Numbered from the stretch's first letter, positions 9,189-20,194 are shown. The stretch: 64,000 nucleotides of DNA from a bacterium (GCA_963674595.2 CAXXFV010000023.1:512001-576000); one strand, 5' to 3'. The notes: a model not told the origin generated them from the letters alone. A program made the numbers and translations.

Positions 9189-10697
9189 CTACCAGTCCTC
9201 CGGATAAAATCCTGCCCGTCGTTGTGTTGCGGTTTCATAAGCACACGTTACAACATGAAATGATTTTGTTTTTTCCGGTGGAATGGATATTTCTACTATT
9301 GTACCCGGATTGTGATAAATTTTATAACCAAAATAATCCGATTCTGAAATTTCATATCCGTCCAGACACAGATGGGTCGGCTCGGCATCAGGATAGGGGA
9401 TGAGAAGACGGAGAACAAGTCCGTTTTTGATGACCGGATCATCGACTGTCTCTGTTAAAAATAAAAGTTTTCCCACCAGGTAGGCCGGTATGGTTTTTAT
9501 AAATTCCTGAATCGACTTGACATTATAACCCGGTTTTTTGGACAGGTTTTCAGCCATTGTTTCGAGTTTGCGGTCACCGATTATTTCCGGGATTTCTGCC
9601 GGATCAGAAGCAAAAAATGCCATCATGGAACCGCGTGGTTCCGGCCAGGCAATTGAATAGGCAATTTGACCTGCTTTTTGCCAAAGTTCAACCCGACTGG
9701 CCCTTCGTTGCGCAGCCGTCCGGCCCCAGGCGGATACGGCCATGGACCCCCGGCAACCCACCTGGCTCACCGGATAACCCGGGTAGCGTTCACCCCGCCA
9801 AACCTGATGTCCCAGTTCCAATAAACGTTTTAAACGGACCACCGCACTCTCTTCGAAACCAATTTCCATGGTCATTCCGATTGTGTGCGCATAGTGGTAA
9901 GAATAGGCCGGAGGAATGACATGACCGCCACGCAGGTAAAAATGTTCATCAGCACCGGACACCGGTCCGGTTGCTAATAGTTTTCCATCACTTTTTTCGC
10001 CTTCTGTAATTAAAAAACCGGCCTTTTCAGCCGCTTCATTCATGAGTTTTGGTATTTCCGGATTAAAAGAACGAGAAAAACCTCCGGTCCAGGAAATGCC
10101 CGTGCTTTCCCACATTGTTTGTTCTTTTTTGCTGAATCCATGCAGATCAACATGAACCTCGGGCTGGTACTTTTCAATGACTTTTTGAAGCACGGCTGCC
10201 TCCGGATATTGTGCCGGATCGGAAATGCCGTTCCAGTCCCAGCCGTCATAGTAAATATCCCTGACACGTTTCCCCTGTTTATAACCTTCAGGATCATTGC
10301 AGGGCATTACTAATATGATCTGTTGTTTGCGAATTTCCTCTGCCGCAGCATCGTCGCTTAATAAAAATTTTGTAAAATGTAAAATACTGGTGACCCCATT
10401 CTTTTCTGTTGCCGCGTGACAGGTCGTAAGTAAAACAATTTGTTTGTTCTCATCGGCAACAGAAAAATCGGTGATTTTACACAATAAAATGTTATTCCCT
10501 TCCGGTGTTTTTCCGGCAGCAGTTACCTGAAAAATGTTTGGGTGATTTTGCTGCCATGTTAGCAATCCCTGTTCTATTTCAGCAAACGAAGGACATGGTA
10601 AATCTGTGTATTGGGGCTTTTCATCGGCGTACACATTTGTGCAAAGAAATACAAGTAAGAAAATCCGGGAAATAATATTGGCAGAACTTTTTATCAT
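9189..10697 (-). CDS. M14 family zinc carboxypeptidase, secreted
   Basis: HATE (HxxE), PCNDPEG, VDLHG zinc ligands; signal peptide from Met 10697 with GAAAGGA RBS. Confidence 0.8.
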   Translation of the reverse strand: MIKSSANIISRIFLLVFLCTNVYADEKPQYTDLPCPSFAEIEQGLLTWQQNHPNIFQVTAAGKTPEGNNILLCKITDFSVADENKQIVLLTTCHAATEKNGVTSILHFTKFLLSDDAAAEEIRKQQIILVMPCNDPEGYKQGKRVRDIYYDGWDWNGISDPAQYPEAAVLQKVIEKYQPEVHVDLHGFSKKEQTMWESTGISWTGGFSRSFNPEIPKLMNEAAEKAGFLITEGEKSDGKLLATGPVSGADEHFYLRGGHVIPPAYSYHYAHTIGMTMEIGFEESAVVRLKRLLELGHQVWRGERYPGYPVSQVGCRGSMAVSAWGRTAAQRRASRVELWQKAGQIAYSIAWPEPRGSMMAFFASDPAEIPEIIGDRKLETMAENLSKKPGYNVKSIQEFIKTIPAYLVGKLLFLTETVDDPVIKNGLVLRLLIPYPDAEPTHLCLDGYEISESDYFGYKIYHNPGTIVEISIPPEKTKSFHVVTCAYETATQRRAGFYPEDW

Positions 10698-10859
10698 ACT
10701 GGTCCTTTCAGGTTTTGCTGGTTTTGTAATAATATTTACAAACAAGCTTTTGGTAAATTTATCTTGAAATTGTATGTTGGATCTGATTTATTATCAATTA
10801 AAAATTCTATTTATATCATTTGTCTGTGAAAACTTGTAAATGTTAAGGCCGGAAGACTA

Positions 10860-12392
10860 TTAATGACACCATGAGATCAGCTCTTTTAAATTTGTTTCAG
10901 CAGCCGGGTGTTCAATGAGTCCGGTGGCAGTCATACGATCTATAATTTCATCTTTTGAATGTTCATCCAAATGTTTAATATGTTTTTGCACCCAATTATA
11001 AACATGCCTTAGTGTAACCTCATTGGTGAATGTCCATTTATACTCCGAACCAAGATGTCCGCTGCCGACGTATCTGTGAACATCCCACCATTTCAGCATG
11101 GCTATTGCGGCCGATGAAATGAGATCGATTATCTCTACGGATGTGCCGGGTATTTTTTGGGTGTTACGCCCTACAGTTGTGTGGGACTCTGTAAATGCCG
11201 CCAGAACATCAAGGTACATGTGGGGACCGCCGGGCAGCCATTGTGCTGCCAGTGATTGCAGGGTACTGTTTCGAATTTTTCCCGGGAGATCAATTAAAGT
11301 AATATCCCAGGCTTTATTTGCCACAGATAACGCCGGAACCAGCACAGAGGGATCTCCGCCGAGGAATTCCGCATAGGAGACAAGCACCTCTTCGTCCGTA
11401 CGATCAAGCCATGTGGGATCAGCCGTGCATTGGGAAAAATAAAAAAGATTATGAAGCGCACAGATCGGCTGCTGGGCGTTTGCCATAATTCCTTTTACAA
11501 CCGATGCATTATAAAGCTCCTCACGGATAACCTGTCGAATCTGATCAAACTGCAGGACAAAAGCCGGGGGTGTAGGCTCCAGTTCAACACATTCATAGGT
11601 GAGCAGGGTGGACCGGTCCATAAGACCTGCGGTTTCGACAAGCTCAAAGTTAATGCGTTCGTTGGCCCGGTTCGGATTGCTGCGTCCCGGCAAAAGTTCC
11701 CACGGTCCATCCAATTTTGTTTCTTTAAAAGCCTCAATAAATGGCGCCACAGCTTTTCGCAAACTGTTGGTATCAGACCAGCCGTTTTCAGGATCTTGTC
11801 CCCAGCCGCACCATATCCAGGGAATGATTTTTTGTGGTGTATCGTTACCGACTGTGTTTAGAATTTTTCGTATATCATGCAGCATACGCATGAAATCCCC
11901 GGGCTGTGCCCCGGGATAACCACCCGGATCACCGTCGATAAAGACATAGCCATCTGCGTTATTCAAACAGCCTAACAGGTCACCAAGGTGTGATATATAT
12001 GTTTTATATTGTTTTTCATCATCAAATCTGAACACCTGTCTGTTCGGATAAAATACCCTCTCCTGCATCGGATTTTTACGAACATCTTTAGTCGTGCTGA
12101 CACTGGGGGTGAATACCAGCCAGCATTCCAATCCAAGGTCTGTGGCATTTTTTAAGACCTTGCGGAATTCTATCAGGTACGCGCGGTCCTGCGGGGACAA
12201 TGGCGGCGGGATAATCTCTGTCATGGGCCAAATCATCACCTTGTCCATTCCCATGGCTTGCAGTAACAGAAACATACTGTCGAAATCGTCATAACTCCAT
12301 CTGCGTACGGCAAATGGATATTTATACATCCAGCTTGCATGGAGATAAAAGCCCCGACCGGAGAATTTTTTATGAATTACTGGTTTTTCCAT
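10860..12392 (-). CDS. Hypothetical protein, possible glycoside hydrolase-like TIM barrel
   Basis: RGFYLH...W..RRWS..D...MF.LL..MGMDKVMIW N-terminus and IDGDPGG acidic motif recall GH TIM-barrel families; family not assignable. Confidence 0.4.
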   Translation of the reverse strand: MEKPVIHKKFSGRGFYLHASWMYKYPFAVRRWSYDDFDSMFLLLQAMGMDKVMIWPMTEIIPPPLSPQDRAYLIEFRKVLKNATDLGLECWLVFTPSVSTTKDVRKNPMQERVFYPNRQVFRFDDEKQYKTYISHLGDLLGCLNNADGYVFIDGDPGGYPGAQPGDFMRMLHDIRKILNTVGNDTPQKIIPWIWCGWGQDPENGWSDTNSLRKAVAPFIEAFKETKLDGPWELLPGRSNPNRANERINFELVETAGLMDRSTLLTYECVELEPTPPAFVLQFDQIRQVIREELYNASVVKGIMANAQQPICALHNLFYFSQCTADPTWLDRTDEEVLVSYAEFLGGDPSVLVPALSVANKAWDITLIDLPGKIRNSTLQSLAAQWLPGGPHMYLDVLAAFTESHTTVGRNTQKIPGTSVEIIDLISSAAIAMLKWWDVHRYVGSGHLGSEYKWTFTNEVTLRHVYNWVQKHIKHLDEHSKDEIIDRMTATGLIEHPAAETNLKELISWCH

Positions 12393-12402
12393 TTTGTATC
12401 TT

Positions 12403-13047
12403 TTAGCAGTTGATGGTGGAATTTTTTTTATGCCATATTGTCAGCACTGCCCAGCCGACACACAGATGTGCCAGATAGTACGTTGGCAGTATCAACCGGC
12501 TAAGGACATGCATATCAAGAAAATCAGTGAACGCAATGATTGTGTCAGAGAATACAATCAGTCCCATGGCTGCAACATAGGCCCATTTGGCCCGGGCCGG
12601 TGCTTGCATTCCACAGGCTGCTGCAAAAACAAGGCAGGAGATTAAAAGATACAAAAGTACCGCAATAGAGAGTCCTGAATTATGAATAGCCGGATGGAGC
12701 CAGCACTTATAAAATGGCAGGTAGACGGCCAGGAACCCGCTAAACACCCGCCAATTCGGACGCCCGTAGCGTAGTGCAAAACCCAGGTATCCGATATGCG
12801 CACAGAAAAAAAGAATTACTCCGGCGAGAAAAAAGGAGACACGTCCGGCCCGCATGGACAGGAACCAGTCCCCGGCTGCGGAAAAGCAAAGCGCTATAAT
12901 CACCCAGCTTATGTCACGGACTTTATCACGCAGGAACCACAGTAAAACGGCTGCGCAACTGAGCGGCACACCCAGTTTTGCAAAGATATTCCCCGTCATC
13001 AGGGCAACAACGGCCAGTCCGGCCGGAATTATTAGATAAAAAAACAT
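12403..13047 (-). CDS. Lysoplasmalogenase (YhhN/TMEM86) family membrane protein
   Basis: FSAAGDWFL, FFCAHIGY, FSDTIIA, TYYLAH. Confidence 0.85.
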   Translation of the reverse strand: MFFYLIIPAGLAVVALMTGNIFAKLGVPLSCAAVLLWFLRDKVRDISWVIIALCFSAAGDWFLSMRAGRVSFFLAGVILFFCAHIGYLGFALRYGRPNWRVFSGFLAVYLPFYKCWLHPAIHNSGLSIAVLLYLLISCLVFAAACGMQAPARAKWAYVAAMGLIVFSDTIIAFTDFLDMHVLSRLILPTYYLAHLCVGWAVLTIWHKKNSTINC

Positions 13048-13053
13048 AATATG

Positions 13054-14025
13054 CTAGTTTGTTATATATTCTTTGTATTTACTTTTTCTTAAAACTTCCA
13101 TAGGCTCGATATCTATCAAACTCTGAGGATTCTCTTCAGGATATTGTCCCATATATTTTTTAACAATATTATAGCCAATACAGTATCCGCTTGAATAGGG
13201 AATGATATGATCTCCAACCATAATTCGTTCATTTAATTTTTCATCTCTTGAATCAAGTTTGTTTTTAATAATATCCCACACTATTTTTTCTTTTTCCTTG
13301 CTCAAATTAGAGTTCCAGGGAACGGTTATGTCCGGGTAGAGTGTTTTTGCAAAAGCATCGGCGCGGCCCTCAAAAACCAAATATTCTATAACGCTGAGGT
13401 CTTTTCTCTTGAAATTTTTGGACATCCAAACACTGTGATGGTATTCGTGGGCCAGAACAAAATTTAAAATGGTCTCCCAGCCTTTTTCCAACGGATCAAT
13501 TGAAATAATGAGAATTCCTGAACCGGGAGTTATGGCTGTAACACCCGTGTACATAAAACCTAAATTGTGTTTTTTATACAATCCTTTCATATCCGGATTC
13601 ATTGGAAGCAAAACAATAGTCGTGTTTGGTCCGGGCAAGTTTTTACATATATTTTTAAATGTTAAAGATATTTGAGAAATAATTTCTGAATTTTCAAGAG
13701 CTGTAATTTCTTCTTTTAATGCCTGAGCATTTTTACTTGATTGGTTGATTGATTCCAATATATCTGAAAATTCAGAGTTTTTCACAAATTGTTCTTTAAT
13801 TGGTTTGAAAATAAATTTATTATAAAGGGCTGTCGAATTATTTGGTTCTTTTTCCAAAGCAGATATAAACGTGTCCATCTGCCGGTACATCGGGATGATT
13901 TTTAATTCTTGTTTATCATAAACAGAATCTATCGACGAATATTGTATGTTATTTTGTTGATGTTTACAAGAGGTGTTAATGACCAGGAAAAGACAGACCA
14001 GTAAAATTTTAAAACTATCTATCAT
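13054..14025 (-). CDS. DUF2268-like predicted Zn-dependent protease lipoprotein
   Basis: LAHEYHH and VFEGRADAFA, GYCIGYNIV; lipobox NTSC. Alternative start 14052. Confidence 0.8.
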   Translation of the reverse strand: MIDSFKILLVCLFLVINTSCKHQQNNIQYSSIDSVYDKQELKIIPMYRQMDTFISALEKEPNNSTALYNKFIFKPIKEQFVKNSEFSDILESINQSSKNAQALKEEITALENSEIISQISLTFKNICKNLPGPNTTIVLLPMNPDMKGLYKKHNLGFMYTGVTAITPGSGILIISIDPLEKGWETILNFVLAHEYHHSVWMSKNFKRKDLSVIEYLVFEGRADAFAKTLYPDITVPWNSNLSKEKEKIVWDIIKNKLDSRDEKLNERIMVGDHIIPYSSGYCIGYNIVKKYMGQYPEENPQSLIDIEPMEVLRKSKYKEYITN

Positions 14026-14091
14026 AACGAACCTCTGGTTAAATTTAATCAATTCCCTGTGATGAGTATAATTAACATTTTCTGCTTTATT

Positions 14092-15159
14092 TTAGTTACA
14101 ATTAAAGCCTTCTAAAAATTTTATATGGGCTTTAATCTCTTTATCATCTGTTTTTTTGCCGATATTTTTCATAGTGCTTTTATAAAGTCTAAAGTTTTTT
14201 TTGCTTGAATAATCTATAAATTTATTGGAAATATCTCCCGAAACATCCAGGTCAATGTCCATCATCTTGTGATTATTTCGGCACTGGAAATCTAAATGAG
14301 TAACGTCCAAATATCGTCTTTTTTTATTTTCTTTGGTTATAAAATATATTTTCATTTCAGATTGATCAAAAACGAGGCGCCATAAAGACTCTGGTGAACC
14401 CTGAATTTTTAAAAGTGTGTCGAATAATATATTAATCCCCTCTTTAAGGTTAATACAGTTCAAGTTTGTAATATCTTTGGCGGCTGTTACGAATCGTTTT
14501 GTTGTAATATAATTGAAAATATTATTTATTTGAGGTAAAGTCTGGTTTTTATAATGTGCAAGACAATTCGAATAGGATTGGTTGGTTACAACATGTATCG
14601 GCAAGGATTCGTTTTCGTAAATTATAACTTTATGATTCCTGAACTCAATCACCATGGATTGGTTATATTTATCACAAATGATGTAACGGTCAATCCCGGG
14701 TATAATTCTGATTTCTTTTAAAGTTTGTTTTACCTGTTCAACATTTTCGCAAACATCCAAAATATATTGGACCCAAAAATTACCGATCATCGACGGACGG
14801 TCATCTGGTTCAGGGCCTTTTGTTTCAGGATTTGAAACAGTGCTTACAACAAGTCCCTGCTCATTCATGCCATATTGAGCATATTCTTTACAGACAAGAT
14901 TGAACGTTATGCTGCCGTATTTGGAAATCCAGTGTTTGTCTTGCTTCCCGTTGTTATAAAGGTCCGTTTGTTTTGATACGTTTCGATAATTAATAAATAT
15001 CAATCCATCCCAGTCTCCCTCACCGTCCAGATTTGCGCCCATAATAAAGTACTTGCCGTAATTAATCCAAATGCTTGAACACGCTGTGGCTGATGTTGTA
15101 AAGGAAATTATGGTTATAATGATGAAAATAATTTTATTAATCATTCGTTTAATTTGCAT
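14092..15159 (-). CDS. Linear amide C-N hydrolase (choloylglycine hydrolase/penicillin V acylase-like Ntn hydrolase), secreted
   Basis: Signal peptide ending ATA followed by nucleophile Cys (CSS); GANLD; WISKYGSITF; GMNEQGL; VTN. Confidence 0.85.
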   Translation of the reverse strand: MQIKRMINKIIFIIITIISFTTSATACSSIWINYGKYFIMGANLDGEGDWDGLIFINYRNVSKQTDLYNNGKQDKHWISKYGSITFNLVCKEYAQYGMNEQGLVVSTVSNPETKGPEPDDRPSMIGNFWVQYILDVCENVEQVKQTLKEIRIIPGIDRYIICDKYNQSMVIEFRNHKVIIYENESLPIHVVTNQSYSNCLAHYKNQTLPQINNIFNYITTKRFVTAAKDITNLNCINLKEGINILFDTLLKIQGSPESLWRLVFDQSEMKIYFITKENKKRRYLDVTHLDFQCRNNHKMMDIDLDVSGDISNKFIDYSSKKNFRLYKSTMKNIGKKTDDKEIKAHIKFLEGFNCN

Positions 15160-15193
15160 GTAGCCTTTAATAAGGGTTGCTGGTCAGGTTTTA

Positions 15194-16837
15194 TTATTTT
15201 TCTCCGGCCAAAACTTCTGCAATGTTAAATGCATGATCTTTAATTCTTCTATAGGCGTTTAGCATATCCAGATAGTTCAGGCTGTGTAACGGTGATGTTT
15301 CATTGTTTTCCAACCGGCTTAGGTGGTTGGATCGAACCAGTTTTACTCTATGCGTAATTGAATTACCGTTTGTTAATGCTTTTGACAGAATTTCGGTATT
15401 ATTTATTTCAACCGCTTTTTTAATTTTATCCAAATATTTTGATACCATATCATGCAATTCAAGCATGTCTTTGAGCCCGCGTTTATTAAATGACAATCCG
15501 TCATTTCGCAACCGGCAGCGTAACTTTAAAATTGTTTCAATATAATCGCTGATGGATTCATATTCGTCCGCTATACGCATTTGTATTCTTGCTTCATTTA
15601 CAATGCTGGTTACAAGACTACCGGCAAGCATTTTGCCGATAAATTCTACTATTTCTTTTTGTAAGATATCGAGCTGTTTTTCTTTGTGAAATATTTTATT
15701 GTCACGGGCTTTATTTTCATTTTCTTCCTGAATAGATTCCCGCAGCAATACCATCATTTCTTTGATTTCCAGTGCCATATTATTAATAGCCTGATACGAT
15801 TGTTGAATGCCTATTGTGGGTGTTTCAGACATACCAACATCAAAATAGGTTAAATGTAGTTTTTCTTTATATCTTTTCTCCGGGATAATGTTTTGAATCA
15901 TCCAAACTATGATTTTGGTGGATGGTAAAAATAGACTTACTAAAATTATATTAAATCCCGTATGAGAAAAGGCTATTCTGGCGGCTATAGGTCCATTTTC
16001 AGGCAATATCCATTTTAGGAAGGAAATATAGTAAAAAAAGAAGGGCAGCATGATAAAAACACCGAGTATTTTTATCATGATATGTGTAAAAGCTGTCCGC
16101 CTGGCAACCGTTGCTGCACCAAGAGAGGCAAGAAATGCAGTAATAGTTGTGCCGATATTTTCACCAAGCACTAAAGCAACGGCTGTATCATATCCAATTG
16201 CGCCTGTTTGAGCCAGGCTAATTGTAATTGCGACAGTAGCTGATGAAGATTGTACAATTGCTGTGACCAAGGCACCAACAAGTACACATTTTATAACTCC
16301 CAGATAGCTGTTTGGTTCAAAACGTGAGAACAGGTTCCAAACTTCAGGCATGTCTCGCAAAAACGAAAGGCTTTCCTTCATAATCTCAAGACCAAAGAAA
16401 ATCATACCCAAGCCAACTACCATTATTGCCGTATAGCGGAGCTGTTCTTTTTTGGCGAATAAATAGAAAAATACGGATATGCCTAAAATTGGCAAGCCGT
16501 AATCAGCAATTTTTAAAGAGATAATCCATGCTGTAATCGTCGTACCAATATCAGCTCCCAGAATAACGCCAACTGATTGCCGAAGGGTCATTAAACCGGC
16601 GTTAACCATGCCGACAACCATAACCGTCGTTACTGAACTTGATTGAATAAGTGCGGTAACCGCCGCTCCAATGCCACAGGCCATCAAACGGTTATCCGTT
16701 ATTTTATTGATCATCGCCCTTAACTTGTCACCGGCCACCACTTGCATGCCATCTGACATGTTTTTCATACCGAGAAGAAATATCCCCAAACCACCAATGA
16801 CACCCAGAGTCATTTGAATAAATACTGTCAGTTCCAC
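15194..16837 (-). CDS. Na/Pi cotransporter family protein with PhoU-like C-terminal domains
   Basis: Two QSSS repeats with GA(D/E)(N)IGTT; C-terminal YESISDY and YRRIKDHAFNIAE; GTG start. Confidence 0.9.
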   Translation of the reverse strand: MELTVFIQMTLGVIGGLGIFLLGMKNMSDGMQVVAGDKLRAMINKITDNRLMACGIGAAVTALIQSSSVTTVMVVGMVNAGLMTLRQSVGVILGADIGTTITAWIISLKIADYGLPILGISVFFYLFAKKEQLRYTAIMVVGLGMIFFGLEIMKESLSFLRDMPEVWNLFSRFEPNSYLGVIKCVLVGALVTAIVQSSSATVAITISLAQTGAIGYDTAVALVLGENIGTTITAFLASLGAATVARRTAFTHIMIKILGVFIMLPFFFYYISFLKWILPENGPIAARIAFSHTGFNIILVSLFLPSTKIIVWMIQNIIPEKRYKEKLHLTYFDVGMSETPTIGIQQSYQAINNMALEIKEMMVLLRESIQEENENKARDNKIFHKEKQLDILQKEIVEFIGKMLAGSLVTSIVNEARIQMRIADEYESISDYIETILKLRCRLRNDGLSFNKRGLKDMLELHDMVSKYLDKIKKAVEINNTEILSKALTNGNSITHRVKLVRSNHLSRLENNETSPLHSLNYLDMLNAYRRIKDHAFNIAEVLAGEK

Positions 16838-17537
16838 TTAAATATCCTTGTTTTATAAATGTTTGTTGTGTATGGCAACAGTTAAAGCAACTTGACGATC
16901 AATTTATTACTCGCCGTAACTATGCGAAATTTTTTAAGGAACATGCAATAAAAGTTCGTTTAAAAATATCGGCACTAACATACGTACAGATTGTAAAAAA
17001 AATATTAATCAATTTTCAAGCAGGGTGCCAACCGGTTTTTAAATTCAGTTCGTCGGCCTTGTTTTTTTTGTGTTAAGGAGTCACTGTATTTGTTGAATGA
17101 AATACTTGTTAACAGTAAGCCTTTCAGGAAAAAAGTCATGGATGTTAACGTCTGAAATTACATAATGTTTTAGAAATATAAAAGAAATTAATCTAATAAA
17201 TTACAAATATTCTTTTTGGTGTGATGGTTGATTTTTTTGTTATGCTGGAAACAAGGAAACCAGGTAGATTAGGTTGTTGTATGCGATGATTTTTTTGAGA
17301 ATAACAACCGCCTGAAGAATTTAAAAGGGGTTCTTGTAAGCCCGATGGTTAACAACAATCTGTTGTAAAATTGACTTGGAATTTTGTTTAAATAAATGTA
17401 AATTTTACGACTAAATATGATAACATAACAGAAGGAGGACATTTTTATGAAGAATACAAATTTGGAGAGTGTGCGATACTTTTTGGGAGAAAATTTTTAT
17501 AAATCTAACAATCGAATATTATCGCATGGAGATAAAA

Positions 17538-18662
17538 ATGTCAACATTGGAAAAGAATCCAAAAGATATAAACAATATTTCTGAAAGGAATAAAACAGAA
17601 TTTTTAAATAATTTAGGATTCGATGAGTGGTTTGAATCCCAAGGCCAGGAATATATCAAAGACGATTTTTCTTTCGCCAGAATTATTGAAGTAAATAAAA
17701 ATAATTACAAAATCAGTGATGGACAGCATGAAATATTTGCTGAACTATCAGGCAAGTTTTTATTTACGATTGAAAAAAGTACAGACTATCCAACCGTGGG
17801 TGATTGGGTAGTTGTGCAATGTTTTGATGATTATTCTATGGCAATTATCCATCATATCCTGCCTCGAAAATCATTGTTAAAGCGCAAAGATCCCGGCAAG
17901 GCGGTCGAGTTTCAACTGATTGCAGCAAATATAGATTATGCTTTTATCATGCAATCTGCTGATGCCAATTTTAATTTGAATCGCCTGGAACGGTATTTTG
18001 TTATGATTAATGAAAGCAAAATCCAGCCGATTATTGTGCTGAGCAAAACTGATTTAATATCTGAAAAAGAACTCTCTGAAATAAAAGAGAGTATCGATCG
18101 TTTTAACAACAAATACCTCTTTTTGCCGATCAGTAATTTGAACGGTGATGGTCTGGATACCTTGAAAAAGGAACTTGTTCCAAATAAAACCTACTGTCTT
18201 TTAGGTTCCTCTGGTGTCGGTAAAACAACCTTGTTTAACAGATTACTCGGAGAGCAACGGTTCGACGTGAATGAGGTCCGGGAAAAAGACAGTAAAGGCA
18301 GACACACAACCGTCAGACGGCAGCTTGTCCGTTTGGAATCAGGAAGTATATTTATCGATACGCCCGGAATGAGAGAACTCGGTAACTTTTCTGTTGAAGC
18401 CGGGTTGGAAGAAACGTTTGACGAAATTGTTTCTTTCGGAAGGCAATGCCGCTTTAGTGACTGCACGCATATCCATGAAAAAGGGTGTGCTGTAATAGAA
18501 GCTGTTGAAAAGGGCCTTATCGATAAGGATAGATATGATAACTATCTCCAGATTCAAAAAGAAGCATCCTATTACGAGATGTCATATCTGGACAAACAAA
18601 AAAAAGACAAATCATTAAGCAAACTGATTAAAAATTACAAAAAAATAACCAGAAAAAAATAA
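17538..18662 (+). CDS. rsgA: Ribosome small subunit-dependent GTPase A
   Basis: Circularly permuted GTPase: SKTD, GSSGVGKTT, GRHTT, DTPG; zinc finger CRFSDCTHIHEKGC; GGAG RBS before 17538. Confidence 0.93.
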   Translation: MSTLEKNPKDINNISERNKTEFLNNLGFDEWFESQGQEYIKDDFSFARIIEVNKNNYKISDGQHEIFAELSGKFLFTIEKSTDYPTVGDWVVVQCFDDYSMAIIHHILPRKSLLKRKDPGKAVEFQLIAANIDYAFIMQSADANFNLNRLERYFVMINESKIQPIIVLSKTDLISEKELSEIKESIDRFNNKYLFLPISNLNGDGLDTLKKELVPNKTYCLLGSSGVGKTTLFNRLLGEQRFDVNEVREKDSKGRHTTVRRQLVRLESGSIFIDTPGMRELGNFSVEAGLEETFDEIVSFGRQCRFSDCTHIHEKGCAVIEAVEKGLIDKDRYDNYLQIQKEASYYEMSYLDKQKKDKSLSKLIKNYKKITRKK

Positions 18663-18809
18663 GCATCATATAGTGCTTACAGTGGTGGCTGGGCAAATAT
18701 GAAAATCATACTTTATTTGGAAACAGATTTTTCCAATATAATGTCCGGCCGCGTTTCATATTTAATTATTTTGGTTATGAAAAATTGAATTTAAAGAGGA
18801 TATTTTGAA

Positions 18810-19448
18810 ATGGATATAAAAATCAGAAATGAAATGGAAAAAGACTTTGAATGCGTTGAAAATCTGACAAGAGAAGCTTTTTGGAATTTATATTTTCCGG
18901 GCTGTAACGAACATTATCTGGTTCATATAATGAGAGATCATCCTGATTTTATAAAAGAACTGGATTTTGTTGCAGAATATGAAGGAAAAGTTGCTGGTAA
19001 CATCATGTATACCAGGTCCTGGCTGGTAAATGAAAACGAGCAAGAGCTGGAAATTGTCACCTTTGGTCCGCTATGTGTGTTGCCCGGGTATCAAAGAAAA
19101 GGGATTGGCGGCGCCTTGATTGAGCATACCAAAAAACTCGCTCGAGAAATGAATTACAAGGCCATCGTCATATTTGGTGATCCGCATAATTATTGTAAAT
19201 ACGGATTTAAAAGTGCCAAAGATCTGAATATCAGCACTATGGACGGCGAATATCCCTTTGGGATGCTTGCTCTGGAACTTGAAGAAGGGGCTTTGGGAAC
19301 ACATTCCTGGAAATATAACGATAGTGATGTTTATAAGATTGATGATCAAAAAGCGGAAGAATTTGACAAAAGTTTTAAAGAAAAAAAGAAAGAGTACCAA
19401 TACTCTCAGGATATTTTTTCAATTATGTTTCGCGCTTTTGTTAAATAG
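18810..19448 (+). CDS. GNAT family N-acetyltransferase (YhbS-like)
   Basis: FGPLCVLPGYQRKGIGGALI acetyl-CoA motif; FGDPHNYCKYGF. Confidence 0.9.
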   Translation: MDIKIRNEMEKDFECVENLTREAFWNLYFPGCNEHYLVHIMRDHPDFIKELDFVAEYEGKVAGNIMYTRSWLVNENEQELEIVTFGPLCVLPGYQRKGIGGALIEHTKKLAREMNYKAIVIFGDPHNYCKYGFKSAKDLNISTMDGEYPFGMLALELEEGALGTHSWKYNDSDVYKIDDQKAEEFDKSFKEKKKEYQYSQDIFSIMFRAFVK

Positions 19449-19485
19449 CTATTTTTGTTCATCGTTTAATTGTATTTAAAATTAT

Positions 19486-19513
19486 AAGGTAACCTTTTTT
19501 ACAAGGTTACCTT
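19486..19513. terminator. Intrinsic terminator between convergent genes
   Basis: AAGGTAACCTT / AAGGTTACCTT inverted repeat followed by a T run. Confidence 0.7.
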
Positions 19514-19648
19514 TTTAATATTATCCTCTATATTGTTTACTTGCCGGATATTGAACAATGATCCGGCTATTAATAATAGGGATATAGGGGCGTTCAATGA
19601 TGAATTATGATATTAAACCCATTCCGGATAATAATTCATGTTTGTATA

Positions 19649-20194
19649 TTACCAAACAGGTCCAAGGGGAATTATTTCCATAAGACATTCATTGTCTCCC
19701 ATTTTTACACTTTTTAACAGCTCTACATCGACTTTACAGCCAAAAGCTTTTTCGAAAAGAACTTTGCTATAGCCTGTCGTGCATTGACACCATGTATCAG
19801 TATCTAATTTATCAACATCGGCAAGCATGGGACAAGGGCAAAATGGAAATTGTAAATAGAGTTTACCATCTGAAAAAGATAGACCGGCTGCTTTAGCTTT
19901 GTCTTGATTTGCAAATCCTTCCAAATCAGACGATGTTTCTACAAGCTCTTTTACAAGATTTAATTTTTCGTCCATTCCATATCCGCATTGACAGTTCATT
20001 CTAATCTGTTTGACCATAGACGTGTCAAACTGCTTTTCCAGTCTGTTCATGGTGGATTTTACCCAGGTCGCATTGTCCTCTGATAAATATTGTTTGTGTT
20101 CTCCAAAAACGATTTTTGTTGCTGTTTCGTCATTACTTTTATTTTTTATGGCATTATAAATTACCTGTTCCTGGATTTTTCTTATATCAAACAT
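19649..20194 (-). CDS. Cys-rich hypothetical protein (DUF6144/V4R-like)
   Basis: CQC, CPCP, WCQCTTGY and KSVKMGDNEC motifs suggest a metal or small-molecule binding fold. Confidence 0.6.
   Translation of the reverse strand: MFDIRKIQEQVIYNAIKNKSNDETATKIVFGEHKQYLSEDNATWVKSTMNRLEKQFDTSMVKQIRMNCQCGYGMDEKLNLVKELVETSSDLEGFANQDKAKAAGLSFSDGKLYLQFPFCPCPMLADVDKLDTDTWCQCTTGYSKVLFEKAFGCKVDVELLKSVKMGDNECLMEIIPLGPVW

Noticed and set aside
16838-17430. Riboswitch or ncRNA in the long intergenic region
   Set aside because: No recognisable aptamer consensus; an Rfam scan would be needed.
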